A DNA stretch of 64,000 nucleotides from Macrostomum lignano (taxonomy: Eukaryota). The notes under the pieces were generated by a model that had not been told where the DNA came from, did no database searches, and saw nothing but the letters and a program-made list of their open reading frames with translations. The stretch spans positions 310,001 to 374,000 of the forward strand of contig NIVC01000093.1 of NCBI GenBank assembly GCA_002269645.1. Direction: 5' to 3'. The position numbers and the translations under genes were made by a program. Below are positions 13,101 through 38,739 of the stretch, in pieces. Within the stretch, counting starts at the first letter, position 1. Each line of letters opens with the position of its first letter.

Positions 13101-14236
13101 GCATACTGACCTTGATTTTGACATCCTGACCTTGATTTTAGCATCCTTACCTTGATTTTGACATCCTTACCTTGATTTTAGAATCCTGACCTTGATTTTA
13201 GCATCCTGACCTTGATTTTAGAATCCTGATCTTGATTTTGGCATCCTGGCCTTGATTTAGGCATACTGATCTTGATTTTACCATCCTGACTTTGATTTTG
13301 GCATCCTGAACTTGATTTTGGCATCCTAACCTTGATTTTAGCATCCAAACCTTGATTTAGGCATACTGACCTTGATTTTGGCATCCTGACCTTGATTTTA
13401 GCATCCAAACCTTGATTTAGGCATACTGACCTTGATTTTGACATCCTGACCTTGATTTTAGCATCCTTACCTTGATTTTGACATCCTTACCTTGATTTTA
13501 GAATCCTGACCTTGATTTTGGCATCCTGACTTTGATTTTAGCATCCTGACCTTGATTTTAGAATCCTGATCTTGATTTTGGCATCCTGACTTTGATTTTA
13601 GCATCCTGACCTTGATTTTGATACTCTGACTTTGATTTTGATACTGTGGCTTTGATTTTGGCATTCTGACTTTGATTTTGATACTCTGACTTTGATTTTG
13701 ATACTCTGACTTTGATTTTGATACTCTGACTTTGAGTTTGGCATCCTGACTTTGATTTTGACATCCTGAAACTTTTATCTTGGCATTTTTTGATCGCACC
13801 GTGAGTCCTGACAATAACTACAATGTCCAAGTTATTATATAATATCTGCAGTGTACCTGTACACCAAAATGACACCTGTCGCAACCCAAACCGTCGCTAC
13901 TTGCAGGGCAGCGCACTGATCGCATTACCTCACGGATTGGTCATATTTGCCACATTTTACACTATTGGCAACGTCCTGTCACTGGCGTCCACCTGTTTCC
14001 TCATGGGTCCAATTAATCAGTTAAAGAAGATGTTCGCCCCAACTCGACTAATTGCCACCCTACTGATGCTGCTGTTTATGGCCCTGACATTGATGGCCGC
14101 TATCTGGTGGAAGAAAAGCGTGTTAGCCGTAATCTTCTGCCTGCTGCAGTTCCTAGCACTGGTCTGGTATTCTATTAGCTACATACCGTACGCTAGAACC
14201 GCTATTAAGAATGCATTCTCAGCCTGTATGGGTTGA
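10120..14236 (+). CDS. SFT2D2: Vesicle transport protein SFT2 (SFT2D1/2 co-ortholog), 162 aa, 3 exons
   Basis: Exons 10120-10191 (MDKLKKVLSGND...), 10670-10756 (FSWSSRIKGFIACF...), 13907-14236 (...FYTIGN...STCFLMGPINQLKKMFAPTRLIAT...WYSISYIPYAR). All phase 0, GT-AG. Confidence 0.95.
10923..13770. repeat. 20-bp minisatellite (gcatcctgaccttgattttg)n filling SFT2 intron 2
   Basis: About 140 tandem units visible with a strict 20-bp period and recurring variant units. Confidence 0.97.
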
Positions 14237-14802
14237 TTTCTAACTTCCTTTGCTATCTATCTCATTGCATGTACTCTGCTCTACTCATAGTAGTCTGCAG
14301 TGCAACAACGAATTCGAAATTTGGATCTGAAATCTATAAAAATGAATATTGATAAATTTGCTTTTTTAAATGTCCTTCCTTCCTACTATTCGACGTGAAC
14401 GCTTATAAGTAGTATCTCGAGAGCAATGCATATTAATTTACTAAATTATAAATTTTCTGAACTTTTTATACAAGCATACAATAAACAATAGCCGTTGATG
14501 CTTATAGATTTGTTGTCTGTCACAATGTGTCAATCTCTAATTAAGAGTTGAGCCAATGGTTTTTTAAACTTTAACAGACCTCTATTCTGTTTTGCCGTTT
14601 TTCGCATCTCGCTTTATTTCAGCTTGCTGTGTAATCTCTTCTAATCGTTGTTTTTCTTCGTGTTGGAAAACAGAAACTGTATTATTTTTGCTTTGTATAG
14701 CTTTGCAGCTTTACTATGAAACAGCTGTTTTTCTGCTTCAATGCGCTCTGACTAACTTTTGCCTAATTTAAGTCTATTGATTAAAAGAATTTTTTAAGTT
14801 TA

Positions 14803-16372
14803 CACTGCCAGATCCTCAGGTGCTGGGCCAGGCTCCCAGATCCTCAGTTGCTGGGCCGCCAGCCTCCCAGATCCTCAGTTGGTGGGCCACCAGCCTCCCA
14901 GATCCCCAGTTGCTGGGCCACCAGCCTCCCAGAGTGTCAGTTGCTGGGCCAGCCTCCCAGAGTGTCAGTTGCTGGGCCAGCCTCCCAGAGTGTCAGTTGC
15001 TGGGCCAGCCTCCCAGATCCCCAGTTGCTGGGCCACCAGCCTCTCAGATCCCCAGTTGCTGGGCCACCAGCCTCCCAGATCCTCAGTTGCTGGGCCAGCC
15101 TCCCAGATCCTCAGTTGGTGGGCCACCAGCCTCCCAGATCCCCAGTTGCTGGGCCACCAGCCTCCCAGATCCCCAGTTGCTGGGCCACCAGCCTCCCAGA
15201 GTGTCAGTTGCTGGGCCAGCCTCCCAGATCCTCAGTTGCTGGGCCAGCCTCCCAGATCCTCAGTTGCTGGGCCAGCCTCCCAGATCCCCAGTTGCTGGGC
15301 CACCAGCCTCTCAGATCCCCAGTTGCTGGGCCACCAGCCTCCCAGATCCTCAGTTGCTGGGCCAGCCTCCCAGATCCTCAGTTGCTGGGCCACCAGCCTC
15401 CCAGATCCCCAGTTGCTGGGCCAGCCTCCCAGATCCTCAGTTGCTGGGCCAGCCTCCCAGATCCTCAGTTGCTGGGCCAGCCTCCCAGATCCTCAGTTGC
15501 TGGGCCAGCCTCCCAGATCCTCAGTTGCTGGGCCAGCCTCCCAGATCCCCAGTTGCTGGGCCACCAGCCTCTCAGATCCCCAGTTGCTGGGCCACCAGCC
15601 TCCCAGATCCTCAGTTGCTGGGCCAGCCTCCCAGATCCTCAGTTGCTGGGCCACCAGCCTCCCAGATCCCCAGTTGCTGGGCCAGCCTCCCAGATCCTCA
15701 GTTGCTGGGCCAGCCTCCCAGATCCTCAGTTGCTGGGCCAGCCTCCCAGATCCTCAGTTGCTGGGCCAGCCTCCCAGATCCTCAGTTGCTGGGCCAGCCT
15801 CCCAGATCCCCAGTTGCTGGGCCACCAGCCTCCCAGATCCTCAGTTGCTGGGCCACCAGCCTCCCAGATCCCCAGTTGCTGGGCCACCAGCCTCCCAGAT
15901 CCTCAGTTGCTGGGCCACCAGCCTCCCAGATCCTCAGTTGCTGGGCCACCAGCCTCCCAGATCCTCAGTTGCTGGGCCACCAGCCTCCCAGATCCTTAGT
16001 TGTTGGGCCAGCCTCCCAGATCCTCAGTTGCTGGGTCACCAGCCTCCCAGATCCTCAGTTGCTGGGTCACCAGCCTCCCAGATCATTAGTTGTTGGACCA
16101 GCCTCCCAGATCCTCAGTTGCTGGGCCAGCCTCCCAGATCCTCAGTTGCTGGGCCAGCCTCCCAGATCCCCAGTTGCTGGGCCACCAGCCTCCCAGATCC
16201 TCAGTTGCTGGGCCACCAGCCTCCCAGATCCCCAGTTGCTGGGCCACCAGCCTCCCAGATCCTCAGTTGCTGGGCCACCAGCCTCCCAGATCCCCAGTTG
16301 CTGGGCCACCAGCCTCCCAGATCCCCAGTTGCTGGGCCACCAGCCTCCCAGATCCTCAGTTGCTGGTCCTGC
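14803..16372. repeat. 28/31-bp minisatellite (gcctcccagatcctcagttgctgggcca[cca])n
   Basis: Tandem units of 28 or 31 bp; source of the long spurious ORFs in all three + frames. Confidence 0.97.
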
Positions 16373-17714
16373 CTCAATTTAGCTTCTCAAATGGCATTCT
16401 CGAATGACTATGCGAGACAAATAAATGCATACATAATCTGTGTCAATATCCTCACAGCGAACCTGTCTTAAAGCCTGTTGTGCCTACATTTAACCCGCGT
16501 GTATTTGTTACAATAAAAGTAACATTGCACCTATCGCTGTGCTGTGTCATCCAAGCCATCAGCTTATAATTGTTTTTTAATGCACACATTGATTGTTGAT
16601 TGCAATCCCAAGTTACTCTTATTTTTACTTTGCGAAAGCATAAACAAATATATTGCTGAGCAAAAGCTTTCACTTGTGATTCTTGTTGGTCACCTAAACA
16701 TACAGATTCTTTTGCTTGGATGTTGATTTTACGGTTATTTTTGTAACTCAGTAATTCTGCAAATTCTCACAGTGGCATTTTTGTCATGTTTGTTCTCATT
16801 CTCTCACCTATACTCTCATTGGCATTCTCTCACCTCTAATCTCCTTCTGTCACCTCTGTTCTTATTCTCTCACCTCTATTCTCATTCTGTCACCTCTATT
16901 CTCTATCACCTCCATTCTCATTTTATTACCTTTATTCTCATTGACATTCGTTCACCTCAATTCTTATTCTTTCACCTCTATTCTCAGTTTCTCACATTCA
17001 TTCTACTTAAAAAAATAGTAATTCTGTTTTTAATTTCTACCTGCCCTCTCTCTTATCAAGTGAAGTAAATAAGACACTCAGATCTACTTTAGCAGACTAT
17101 ACCGAGTTTCAGGTGATTCACCAATTGAGCACGTTTCTGCTTTTGCGTTGTTTTTAGCGTCTTAACGTCTTCGAGCTGCGGCATGTTATATACATACATA
17201 TATTATTCTATATGATATGCTCCGATTATCCAGCTGCCAGACACTCATCAGTCATCACTCCTTACTTTATCAGGTGTCGAGTTTTGGTACCTGGGCTGTT
17301 TTTCAACTATAGCTTACTTTCAGGGCATTCATTATTTCTTAGTTCTAAATTAAAGCTTAAACGTAGTGGTTACGTTTTCCAGGGGGGGGGGGTTTCCTAT
17401 TTGTTTACACAGCGCAAAATATAGTACTGAGAGCTCAGTGTGTTTGTTCTACGAGCTAAAAGTAAGGCATGCTTGGTTGGCAAATGCTCAAACAAAGCGA
17501 CTATAGTAAGTAAACATTCAAGCATTAAGATCGCCAAGGAGATCTGGAAAGAGAATCTGGAGCGGGCACTCATTCATCTATGGATAATTTATGTGAATGC
17601 GTTTGATCCAGTTTATGGATTTAGAGTTCAGGAAAATGGTAATTGAAGACTGTCAAAACGAACACATCTATTGGTGCTTTAAATATTTAATGAGGAAGGG
17701 AACAGTTCATAGAA

Positions 17715-17985
17715 TATAGACCGTAAGGCCATTGACTATAGACCGTAAGGCCATAAACTATAAACCATAGACTATAGACCGTAGACCATAGACTTTAAAC
17801 TATTGACTAATCTATTTACCGTAGATCATAGACTATTGACCGTAGGCCATAGACAATAGACCTTAAGGCCATTGACTAAAGACCGTAGGTCATAGACTAT
17901 GAACAATAGACTAAAGACCGTAGGTCATAGACTATGAACAATAGACTATAGACCGTAGGTCATAGACTCTAAGCCATAGACGATA
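17715..17985. repeat. Degenerate short-unit tandem repeat (tagaccgtaggccatagacta-like)
   Basis: Repeated atagacc/catagact motifs with irregular period. Confidence 0.8.
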
Positions 17986-18227
17986 TTCCATCGACCAGCA
18001 TAGACCATATACCATATTATAACTCGCAGTTGCCTATGCCTAACTCAATAACTCAATATAACTCAATTGTTGTGTACCGTCACTCGGTCAAGTTAGTTTT
18101 CCATAGACTAAATACGTAAACTGCATATATCTAGCGACGTTAAAGTCACAGTCAATCGTGCTAATGATTTATTTTTTCTTGTCCGGCTTTTCTCTCGTCC
18201 CAAAATTATCTGCGACAAAATCATATA

Positions 18228-18834
18228 CTGTCCGTCAAAAGTTCCGGAACCCTTGCTACGATGTCTTCTAGCGGACATAATTTCAGTCCGTTTCAATTGT
18301 AACTTGATTCAAATGTTTGCTGCAAATCTCAGCTCCATGATGTGGTCAAGAAAAAGTTTATTCGAAGGAGCGCGTGTGAACAGGCCAGTGTTATGTACAT
18401 AAAGGTTAGAGAAAAAAGTGAGGAAAAGACAAACAAGCAATTGTCTTTTGTTGCTGAGTATATGGAGCAAATTAACACACATGGGAAGGAATCGGTTTGC
18501 GCGCAGTGTTCAGCCTGGCTAACATTAGTCTATGGCCAAAACTTGTGTTGAAATCAACAGGCTCTTATGGATTCTTGTGCAGTCAGCTTTCATGGGAGAG
18601 TAAAAAAGAGCAAAAAACAATTGCTTGTTTGTCTTTTCCTCACTTTTTTTCTCTAACCTTTATGTACATAACACTGGCCTGTTCACACGCGCTCCTTCGA
18701 ATAAACTTTTTCTTGACCACATCATGGAGCTGAGATCCGCAGCTTTCATTTGAATCAAGTTACAATTGAAACGGACTGAAATTATGTCCGCTAGAAGACA
18801 TCGTAGCAAGGGTTCCGGAGCTTTTGACGGACAG
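18228..18834. mobile_element. Fold-back MITE, 607 bp, ~230-bp inverted arms, TA TSD
   Basis: 18228-18455 is the near-perfect reverse complement of ~18611-18834; termini ta|ctgtccgtcaaaag ... cttttgacggacag|ta. Confidence 0.85.
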
Positions 18835-19492
18835 TATATTTATTTCTGTGCATCTTGTTTAGATCCGACACAATAGGTACAATGATTAAATTAAAAAAAA
18901 CTTTTAGACCAACAATCTGTCAGTTGTCGTGACGAATGGAAAAAATCTAAAAATTAAGCACTCCAAATTCTCTGTTGAAGGCCTCCTTGGCAGAGAACGA
19001 CAGCTAAGCTGAAGGAAAACAGACCAGCCGCTCCGGAGCTGAACTGGAAGAGGAGAGAGAATAGCAAAGCTGTGTAGTACTCATAAGAGGAGAGAGAATG
19101 GCAAAGCTGTATAGTACTCATAAGCATGTGCAGGGGCGTCTGCGGCAGGAAAAATTCCTAGTGTCAATCTTTGCCTGGGAGAGACCCTCCGAGGCCAGCC
19201 TATAATACACTTGTGTCTTGCTATACCGTCTCCATGGCAACTTTCTACTGTAATTTTCACCCCTCTACCCTCACAGTCCTCCTCGCTCGCCCCCCCCCCC
19301 CCAGTCGCAGTCCTTCTCTCACACCTGGCCAATCAATGGGGTAGCATTGTATTATACAGACCTAAAGCTATTAAAATTCTAACCATATTCTGTATATACC
19401 CAAACTCAAAGCTTTTCAAACTTAATATTCTTCTATTTGTAACTTTATTGGCATTAATTATTATTGTTGAATAATAATAATAACGATCAACG

Positions 19493-34120
<14,628 letters not shown>

Positions 34121-34121
<1 letters not shown>

Positions 34122-34126
34122 ATAAA
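34121..34126 (+). terminator. Candidate polyadenylation signal AATAAA overlapping the AOX stop codon
   Basis: aagTGAataaa: TGA at 34119-34121, AATAAA at 34121-34126. Usage untested. Confidence 0.4.
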
Positions 34127-34799
34127 TGCGCACCGACCAATCAAAGAGCGTCTAGGGCGATGACGTCATACAGCGGAGTGAGGTGGTTGACTGCCAGAAC
34201 CAATGAGCGTTGACTTATTTGTGAATCGTGATATTTAACATTATTAACATCGATTTTCATTACCAAATTATCCTACTTAGACCATAAGCAAGCACTTTTC
34301 TTATTTAAACATGGAAAAATCAATACACTTTTTTATATTGATACACTTCTGTGTCCGAAACCAAGGCAACAAATTATTAATATTATAATTTTATCGCAAG
34401 CTAATTCAAATCAATACTGTTTTTTTTCGCGTTTGCTGACTGTGTCAAGATCTAATTACTATAAATATTATCCCAATAGTTATCAAATATTTATCTTGTA
34501 GCTGAAAATAATTTTTTTTCTTTTTCCCCATCGACAGCATGTTAGCTACTATCGTTTTTATTAGTTATTGAGATTTTTTACTTTTTAGAGGATAAAAATC
34601 GCCTCAATTTTTGCTTTCTCCTTAAAATTTTTATGAATCTATACCATATTAATATACAGAAAAATATATATTATATAATATACTACAATAGTATATTAAT
34701 GAAAATATGATGTTAATTCGTTATTATACAAATCTAAATATACTAAATATATACTAAAAATATTAATAACAATATATTTGTTTGTTTATTTTTATACCT

Positions 34800-36212
34800 T
34801 GTAGCGAGCAACTCTAGCTGGTTGTTGCGAGTGTTAGTTAGCCACTCAGAAAGGTGGAGAAATAGAATGTGGCTGTGCCTGTATATTTATTGTCTGGCAG
34901 AACACAAGATTTATTGTTTTATTGTTTATTGTTTATTGTTTATTTATTGTTCATTGAATGCGCGTTGGGAAAAGCTCGAGCAGAGGGAAGTGGATAGGCT
35001 GGATGGCGGTCACGGAGTGCAAACTAGGTGCCCGAACTGCCTGCCTGCGCATGCTACATCCCTCGTCTGGTGGATTGTAACCCGGGGTGGGGTTGGGTAC
35101 AACATTGGGTTCATGTCACGCGCGATCGAGCAACCAGTGTCAGTCATTAGAGTCAATGATCAGTCCTTGCTGCTGTTCCGCCAGCTGTCAGATGTCCAGA
35201 GCCTTTCGCCGGTCGCCCTCTTCGTAGCGTTTCGGCGTCTCCTTGGCCTGTCGGGGGTGCGGCCTGTTGGCGAGCGGGACGTCCTGGTCGCCGGTTGGCT
35301 CGGGCGGGTCGGTTGGTTCATCCGGCCGGCTGTCCTGTCCGCTGTCGCGTTCTCCGGGGTCACCCGGCCACTTGTCGGCTGCCTGGGAGACTCGCTTGAC
35401 GTGGGTGGTGTGCCTGGAGCACCTCTGGCCGGCCCGTTGGAGCTGCAGGGTGTTGCCGCGGACTTCTGTCACGGTCCATGGCGAGGCCTCGAAGAAGGGG
35501 TCGGTCTTGCTACGGTTGGTGAGCCGGCGGAGTACGAGGTCGCCTACGGTGATCTGGTGGTCGGTGGCGCCCCTCTTGCTGTCGGCGAAGGCCTTCATCC
35601 GCTCCTTTCCCTGGAGTCGTGGCCGCGGACGGTCTGTCGCCTGGCGTCAACCGGCCGGGAGTGGCGCAAGCTGGGGATCGTGTCATTGAGCTGTCGGCTG
35701 AATAGCAGGTCGGCTGGAGCCATGCCGGTTGCTGCGTGCGGTGTTCGCCGGTATGCAGCCAGGTAGTCGTCCAGTGCCGCCTGCCAGTCACTGCCTTCCA
35801 GGATCGCCGCTCTGATTGCCTTATTGAGGCCTCGGTTGCATCGCTCTACGAGTCCGTTGGCTTGGGGATGCAGCGGCGTAGTCCGATGGTGGTGGACGCC
35901 CTGGCTGCGCAGGAAGGCGTTGAATTCTGCGGACGAGAATGGCGGGCCGTTGTCGGTGGTGATCTTGACTGGCTGGCCGAACGTGCTGAACCACTGGCGG
36001 AGGGTTCGGATGACCGGAGCTGCCGCTGTCGACCCCGACATCGTCTGTACCAGTGGGAAACGTGAAAAATAGTCGGTGCACACCAGCAGCATGTGGCCTC
36101 TGATCGGTCCCAGGAAGTCTAGGCCCAGCTCTAGCCACGGCCCCTGCGGCAGCTCAGTCGGCTGAAGTGGGGCTGCCTTCAATTCGGCTGTGTTTGTGCA
36201 GGCCTTGCAGCT
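34800..36212 (-). mobile_element. Gypsy/Ty3 LTR retrotransposon, 3' half: integrase + PPT + 3' LTR
   Basis: Integrase CxxC end of the zinc domain, PWLELGLDFLGP (D), TTDNGPPF (D), NGLVERCN (E); one frameshift near 35600 before MKAFADSKRG...VGDLVL...PWTV; purine tract agacgaggga adjoining a 259-bp LTR (34800-35058) with TGTAGC...GCTACA ends and multiple minus-strand AATAAA. Confidence 0.92.
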
Positions 36213-37047
36213 GAGGAAAGCAGCACTGGGGAAAATTTTCCCATTCCACTGACTCCTGACCACCTTCGATCGTACAGCGGCCATTTAACTTTCTAATCGT
36301 CAGGGATGGTACTATTTACCAACATATAATGCAAACGAGACGTAAAAGCATGGCATAAATGGATTTTGTTGACCAAATACGTCTGTCAGTTATCCATAAT
36401 TGTCAACAGGTTTTTATTTGTCCTGGACAATTTGGAATTATCCATTTACGGGATGTTAAGCTACATCTTCATGTACATGGATTTCTCAATAAAGAGTCTG
36501 AAAAGGAAGCGAAGCTGTGTAATTAAGACAAATTTACGTTACTTTCGATGGATGAAAATTCATAATTTACAATGGTAGACTGTGTTGTATTGCGCTCGAT
36601 TTTTAACATTTACATTTCACCCAGAAACAATGGCAATCGCTTGGTTGGGCCATTATTCCTCAGTCACTTACCGATGTACATTTACCCTATCCCTATGTAC
36701 AAATGTCATCACTTAACTGCTTACTTATTTTTCTTATCGATCCACCCGTCCTCAATCTTTAAATTGGCGTGAAAAGGAGTTAGGAATAGTTACGAGCTAC
36801 AATACAATTTACCGGCCAATGAGCAATGGCCGGATTGCCATCCTTTCAAACCTATTTTATCCTAATGCAAAAAAAAGGGAGCGGTGGATCGATAATAAAA
36901 GTTGGAAAGCAGTGTCACGTGATGAAAATTGTACATAGGTTAATGTACATCTGGGTGCAACTAATGGCCAAAACTAGTCACCATTTTGTTTGGTTGAAAT
37001 TATACGTACAACATGGAAAAGAGGGTCCATGAGAATTGCCCGTGGAG

Positions 37048-37630
37048 ATTTGCCCGCAATGCTTTTTTTCTTGCAGCGCATTTGGCAGCTAGATTATTTA
37101 TTTATTTTTATTAGAGGCAGGGGGGTTTGTGTGCACCCTGGCGCACTTTAAGCGACATCAACACACAACCGGCGAGAGGCATTACTGCCCATTCCGCCGA
37201 TTCCCCTGAGCAGGCATACAAGCGCGCGGATACGTACGCAGGCACACACTCACACAGGAGTGCACAGCGGCCCTAACTTTATATTATCGTTAGGCATGTA
37301 CACTTCACTGCGCCTTGGGGGGTTGGCTCTCAAGGCCGTTAATTGCACGAGAAGAGCCAAGCCGAGATTCCAATTCAGCCCCAAATTAATGTGACTGCAT
37401 TTGGAATCGAGCCTGGGTCGCAGGCACACCAGAGCAGCTGCGCTACCGCTGGGCTACGGCCCCCTTGGCAGCTAGATTCTGTCTGCATTGCCCCCCCCCG
37501 CCCCCCAAAAAAAGCATTTGATATGCAGTTACTATTAAACCGTGTTGATCATGTAGATCTCTCTATTAAGATTTAATTACTAAGCATTGGGGAGGCAATG
37601 CGCTGCAGAAAAAATGCATTGCGGGCAAAA
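37048..37630. mobile_element. MITE-like inverted-repeat element hosting a SINE
   Basis: tttgcccgcaatgc-tttttttcttgcagcgcatt (37048-37082) vs aatgcgctgcagaaaaaatgcattgcgggcaaaa (37597-37630); related aatgcattgcaggcaaatct motifs near 2105-2230. TSD not identified. Confidence 0.6.
37096..37463 (-). mobile_element. Full-length tRNA-derived SINE, family B, 14-bp TSD
   Basis: Minus-strand head ggggccgtagcccagcggtagcgc...ggctcgattcc, AT-rich tail taataaaaataaataaat, flanked by perfect direct repeat ttggcagctagatt (37082-37095, 37464-37477). Confidence 0.9.
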
Positions 37631-37882
37631 TTAAAATTATTACTTTTCGCTCCAGGTGCACACATTATAGGACTCCATGGTAGGACAGCTCTCTGGCATC
37701 GCAATCAGCTGCTTGGAGAAGCTTTGGAGAATATTTGAGAATGCATTAAGCAGGTGTTAAGCCAAATACGACAGAACTCGTGTTGACTTAATTCCGTATT
37801 AACGTATTAACACGGTTCTGATCACAGAATAAACAGCCAAAAACCAGCTATATTGCCTGCTGAGAAAGCTAATTACACAGAC

Positions 37883-37890
37883 TATATAAA
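37883..37890 (+). promoter_or_regulatory. Candidate TATA box of the C-type lectin gene
   Basis: tatataaa ~45 nt upstream of the first ATG (37933). Confidence 0.4.
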
Positions 37891-37932
37891 GCTGTGAAAA
37901 ATCTTTGTTATAGAAAACGATTCGAAAACTAA

Positions 37933-38702
37933 ATGCAAAATCAACCGGTTGAATCGCTAATGGATTTCAGAATTCAAAAAATTTTAACATTGACCAGTCT
38001 GCTCAGCAGTCTGCTGACAGTGTGGGCTCAGCCGTGCCCAGCTCCGTTCAGTCTCGAGGCCGGCAGATGCTTGTTCGTGAGCACAGCTCAGAGCCACAGC
38101 TGGTGCTCAGCAAATCGTCAGTGTGCATCAATGGGAGGCGAGCTGCTCAACTCGTACAGCTCACTGCAGCTGCTGGGCAGCATTCTGAGACTGAACTGCC
38201 ACTGCAACATCTGGCTGGGAGTGGCTGACCTGGCCGATGAGAGAAACACAAGCAAGTCGGGCTGGCAGCTGGTCAACGGCAAAAGCCTGCTGCCTGACAA
38301 TGACTCGCTATGGTATGGCGGTGATCCAAACGGTAATAGAAAAGAAAACTGCATTGCTCAGTATAGCGCCCACTATGGAAAGCTTGTTGACATTGACTGC
38401 TCCGTTCTGGCTGGATTCGTCTGCGAGTTCGTAGCAGATGCAGCTCCGCCTCAGCCTCGTGGAAGCGAACTCCGTTCAAGCGCACCAGCTCCAACCCCAG
38501 CACGGATTACTGCCGCACTGACCTGCTGCAGGTGGCCAACTCACTCGAGTGCATGGCGGCTGCTATGAACTCCAGAAGTTACTGCCGACATGTGCTGTAC
38601 AACAGCAGGCTGAAAACCTGCCGCCTGCTGCTGTTCACCGACGCTCAGGTGGAGGCGGAGATCAAGACGAGCGCCGACTGGGTCAAGTTCAGCGTGTACT
38701 GA
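37933..38702 (+). CDS. Secreted C-type lectin + PAN/apple-like domain protein, intronless, one frame break in the linker
   Basis: Signal peptide (from ATG 37960) then CTLD: CPAPF..GRCL..SWCSANRQC...WLGVAD...WYGGDPNG..ENC...LVDIDC...FVCE. A second GC3-rich frame (38475-38702) gives ...NSLECMAAAMNSRSYCRHVLYNSRLKTCRLLLF...WVKFSVY*. Confidence 0.8.
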
Positions 38703-38739
38703 GCCGTTTTAGAATTTTCTTTGCTTTTGACATTTCCTT

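Noticed and set aside
14820-16471. Three overlapping ORFs of 383-530 aa
   Set aside because: They arise because the 28/31-bp repeat unit lacks stop codons on the + strand; the same peptide cycles through all frames and there are no splice or homology signals.
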